Source: Glycera tridactyla (lineage: Eukaryota). From it: a DNA stretch of 64,000 bases. The notes below the pieces were generated by a model. It worked only from the letters and a program-made list of their open reading frames with translations. It was not told the origin of the DNA and made no database searches. The translations under genes and the position numbers were made by a program. Shown piece by piece: positions 62,951 to 64,000 of the stretch (its first letter is position 1; the number at the start of each line of letters is the position of its first letter). The stretch is taken from NCBI GenBank assembly GCA_965644265.1, contig OZ286474.1, positions 64,294,001 to 64,358,000 on the forward strand, given 5' to 3'.

Positions 62951-64000
62951 TCATTGCAACATTTGATTATACCAACATGATTCGGTGGGATGATTTTTCC
63001 CACAATTTTTACATGTTGGGGGGCATGTCTTGTCCATGGCACTTTTCCTGTGAGGACAATCTGCCATGAAATGTCCCTTGCAACCACAGTGAAAACATAC
63101 AGCAGCTACTATGCCAGTGGAGGAAGAGGAGAAGTTATTAGCAGGTTTTGTGAATTTCGCATTTGGCTTAACTGTGTCTTTCTCAGGACAATGTGGGGCA
63201 TAATGTCCCACTTGTTGACACTTATAGCAGGTTACTGAAGCCATTTGTTGGACGAGACTTTCCCCCTAATCCTACTATTTTGTTGAAATTATCATTATTA
63301 CCACCATTGCCGTTTTTACCGCGGCCTTTGCCATGACCTCGGCCAGCACCTCTTTTCATGCCTCGGCCTCTTGAAATTCTGCGGGAAAATCCGGAATTTC
63401 CAGAATTTCCCGGTTGAGCATACATGACTGTATCCTCAGTCTGCTCAACATCGGCCTTTGTAGAGGCCTGTTGTTTCTGAGTAGTCGCACTGGCGACTAT
63501 TCCATCTTCATATCTAGAATCTGAAAGTTTCGCAGATTTCGCTGCTCGTATGAAGTCACTTAATGTCTTTGGCCCTCTGGTGGTGATTAATTGCCTTACA
63601 GCCTCTCGGGCTCCTCTGACAATAACGAACATTACATATCTTCCTTCAATAGGAGAGAACTCCTCATCTTTTTCATTAGTATAGACTTTTCTGGTTATTG
63701 ACATCACCTTTCTGATAAATTCTTCTGTTCGTTCTGCCCCTTGACGTAATGCGTCCAATTTGTATAATTGGTCCCAAGGTTCAATGCCTAGTTTACCAAA
63801 TTCTTCAATAAATTGGGCCTTAAGTCTCGCCGGTTCTTTGTCCTGGAGAGATTCGTACCACATAACTGCCTCATCTCCAAGAACTAGAGGTAAAATTTCC
63901 TCTGGTTTCATACCTTTAAAGGTACAGTATCTTTCTAGTCTGCCTTACCAAACGTGGGCATCATCTTTGGCCGCATCAAAAATGGGTAATTTCAAAATAC
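62951..64000 (-). pseudogene. gag: gag (capsid-like region, RGG-rich stretch, three zinc knuckles), truncated by window edge
   Basis: LGDEAVMWY, QFIEEF, LRQG; CYKCQQVGHYAPHC, CFHCGCKGHFMADC, CKNCGKNHPTESC. Confidence 0.88.

Larger units (their letters stand above)
41126..64000 (-). mobile_element. Large env-bearing Ty3/Gypsy LTR retrotransposon, decayed, 5' end outside the window, interrupted by LINE B
   Basis: Order gag, PR, RT, RNase H, IN (Gypsy order), then env, long 3' region and candidate LTR; low-coordinate limit depends on the LTR call. Confidence 0.85.

Overview
Eukaryotic, AT-rich, repeat-dense window with two assembly gaps. The element types suggest an invertebrate, but the species cannot be determined from sequence. 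I found no host gene, rRNA, tRNA or CRISPR array; the window is a nest of transposable elements. Main contents: (1) a decayed minus-strand CR1/L2-type LINE split by a TA-duplicating MITE; (2) a large Penelope-like element (RT + GIY-YIG) between (TA)n tracts; (3) a triplicated, heavily decayed coding-like unit with possible RNA-virus polymerase motif remnants; (4) two diverged CR1/L2-group LINEs with the same unusual layout ORF1 / separate SGNH esterase exon / long spacer / APE-RT; (5) a large minus-strand Ty3/Gypsy element with gag-pol, an antisense ORF and an F-type env of about 1,050 codons, split by the younger of those two LINEs. Top lead: in both LINEs the esterase frame starts exactly at an AG splice acceptor at the same alignment position, and each ORF1 has a phase-0 GTRAG donor near its 3' end. 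This predicts a conserved intron of about 500 nt that switches ORF1p to an ORF1p-esterase fusion. All splicing, expression and family assignments are inferences from motifs read by eye; no database searches were run.
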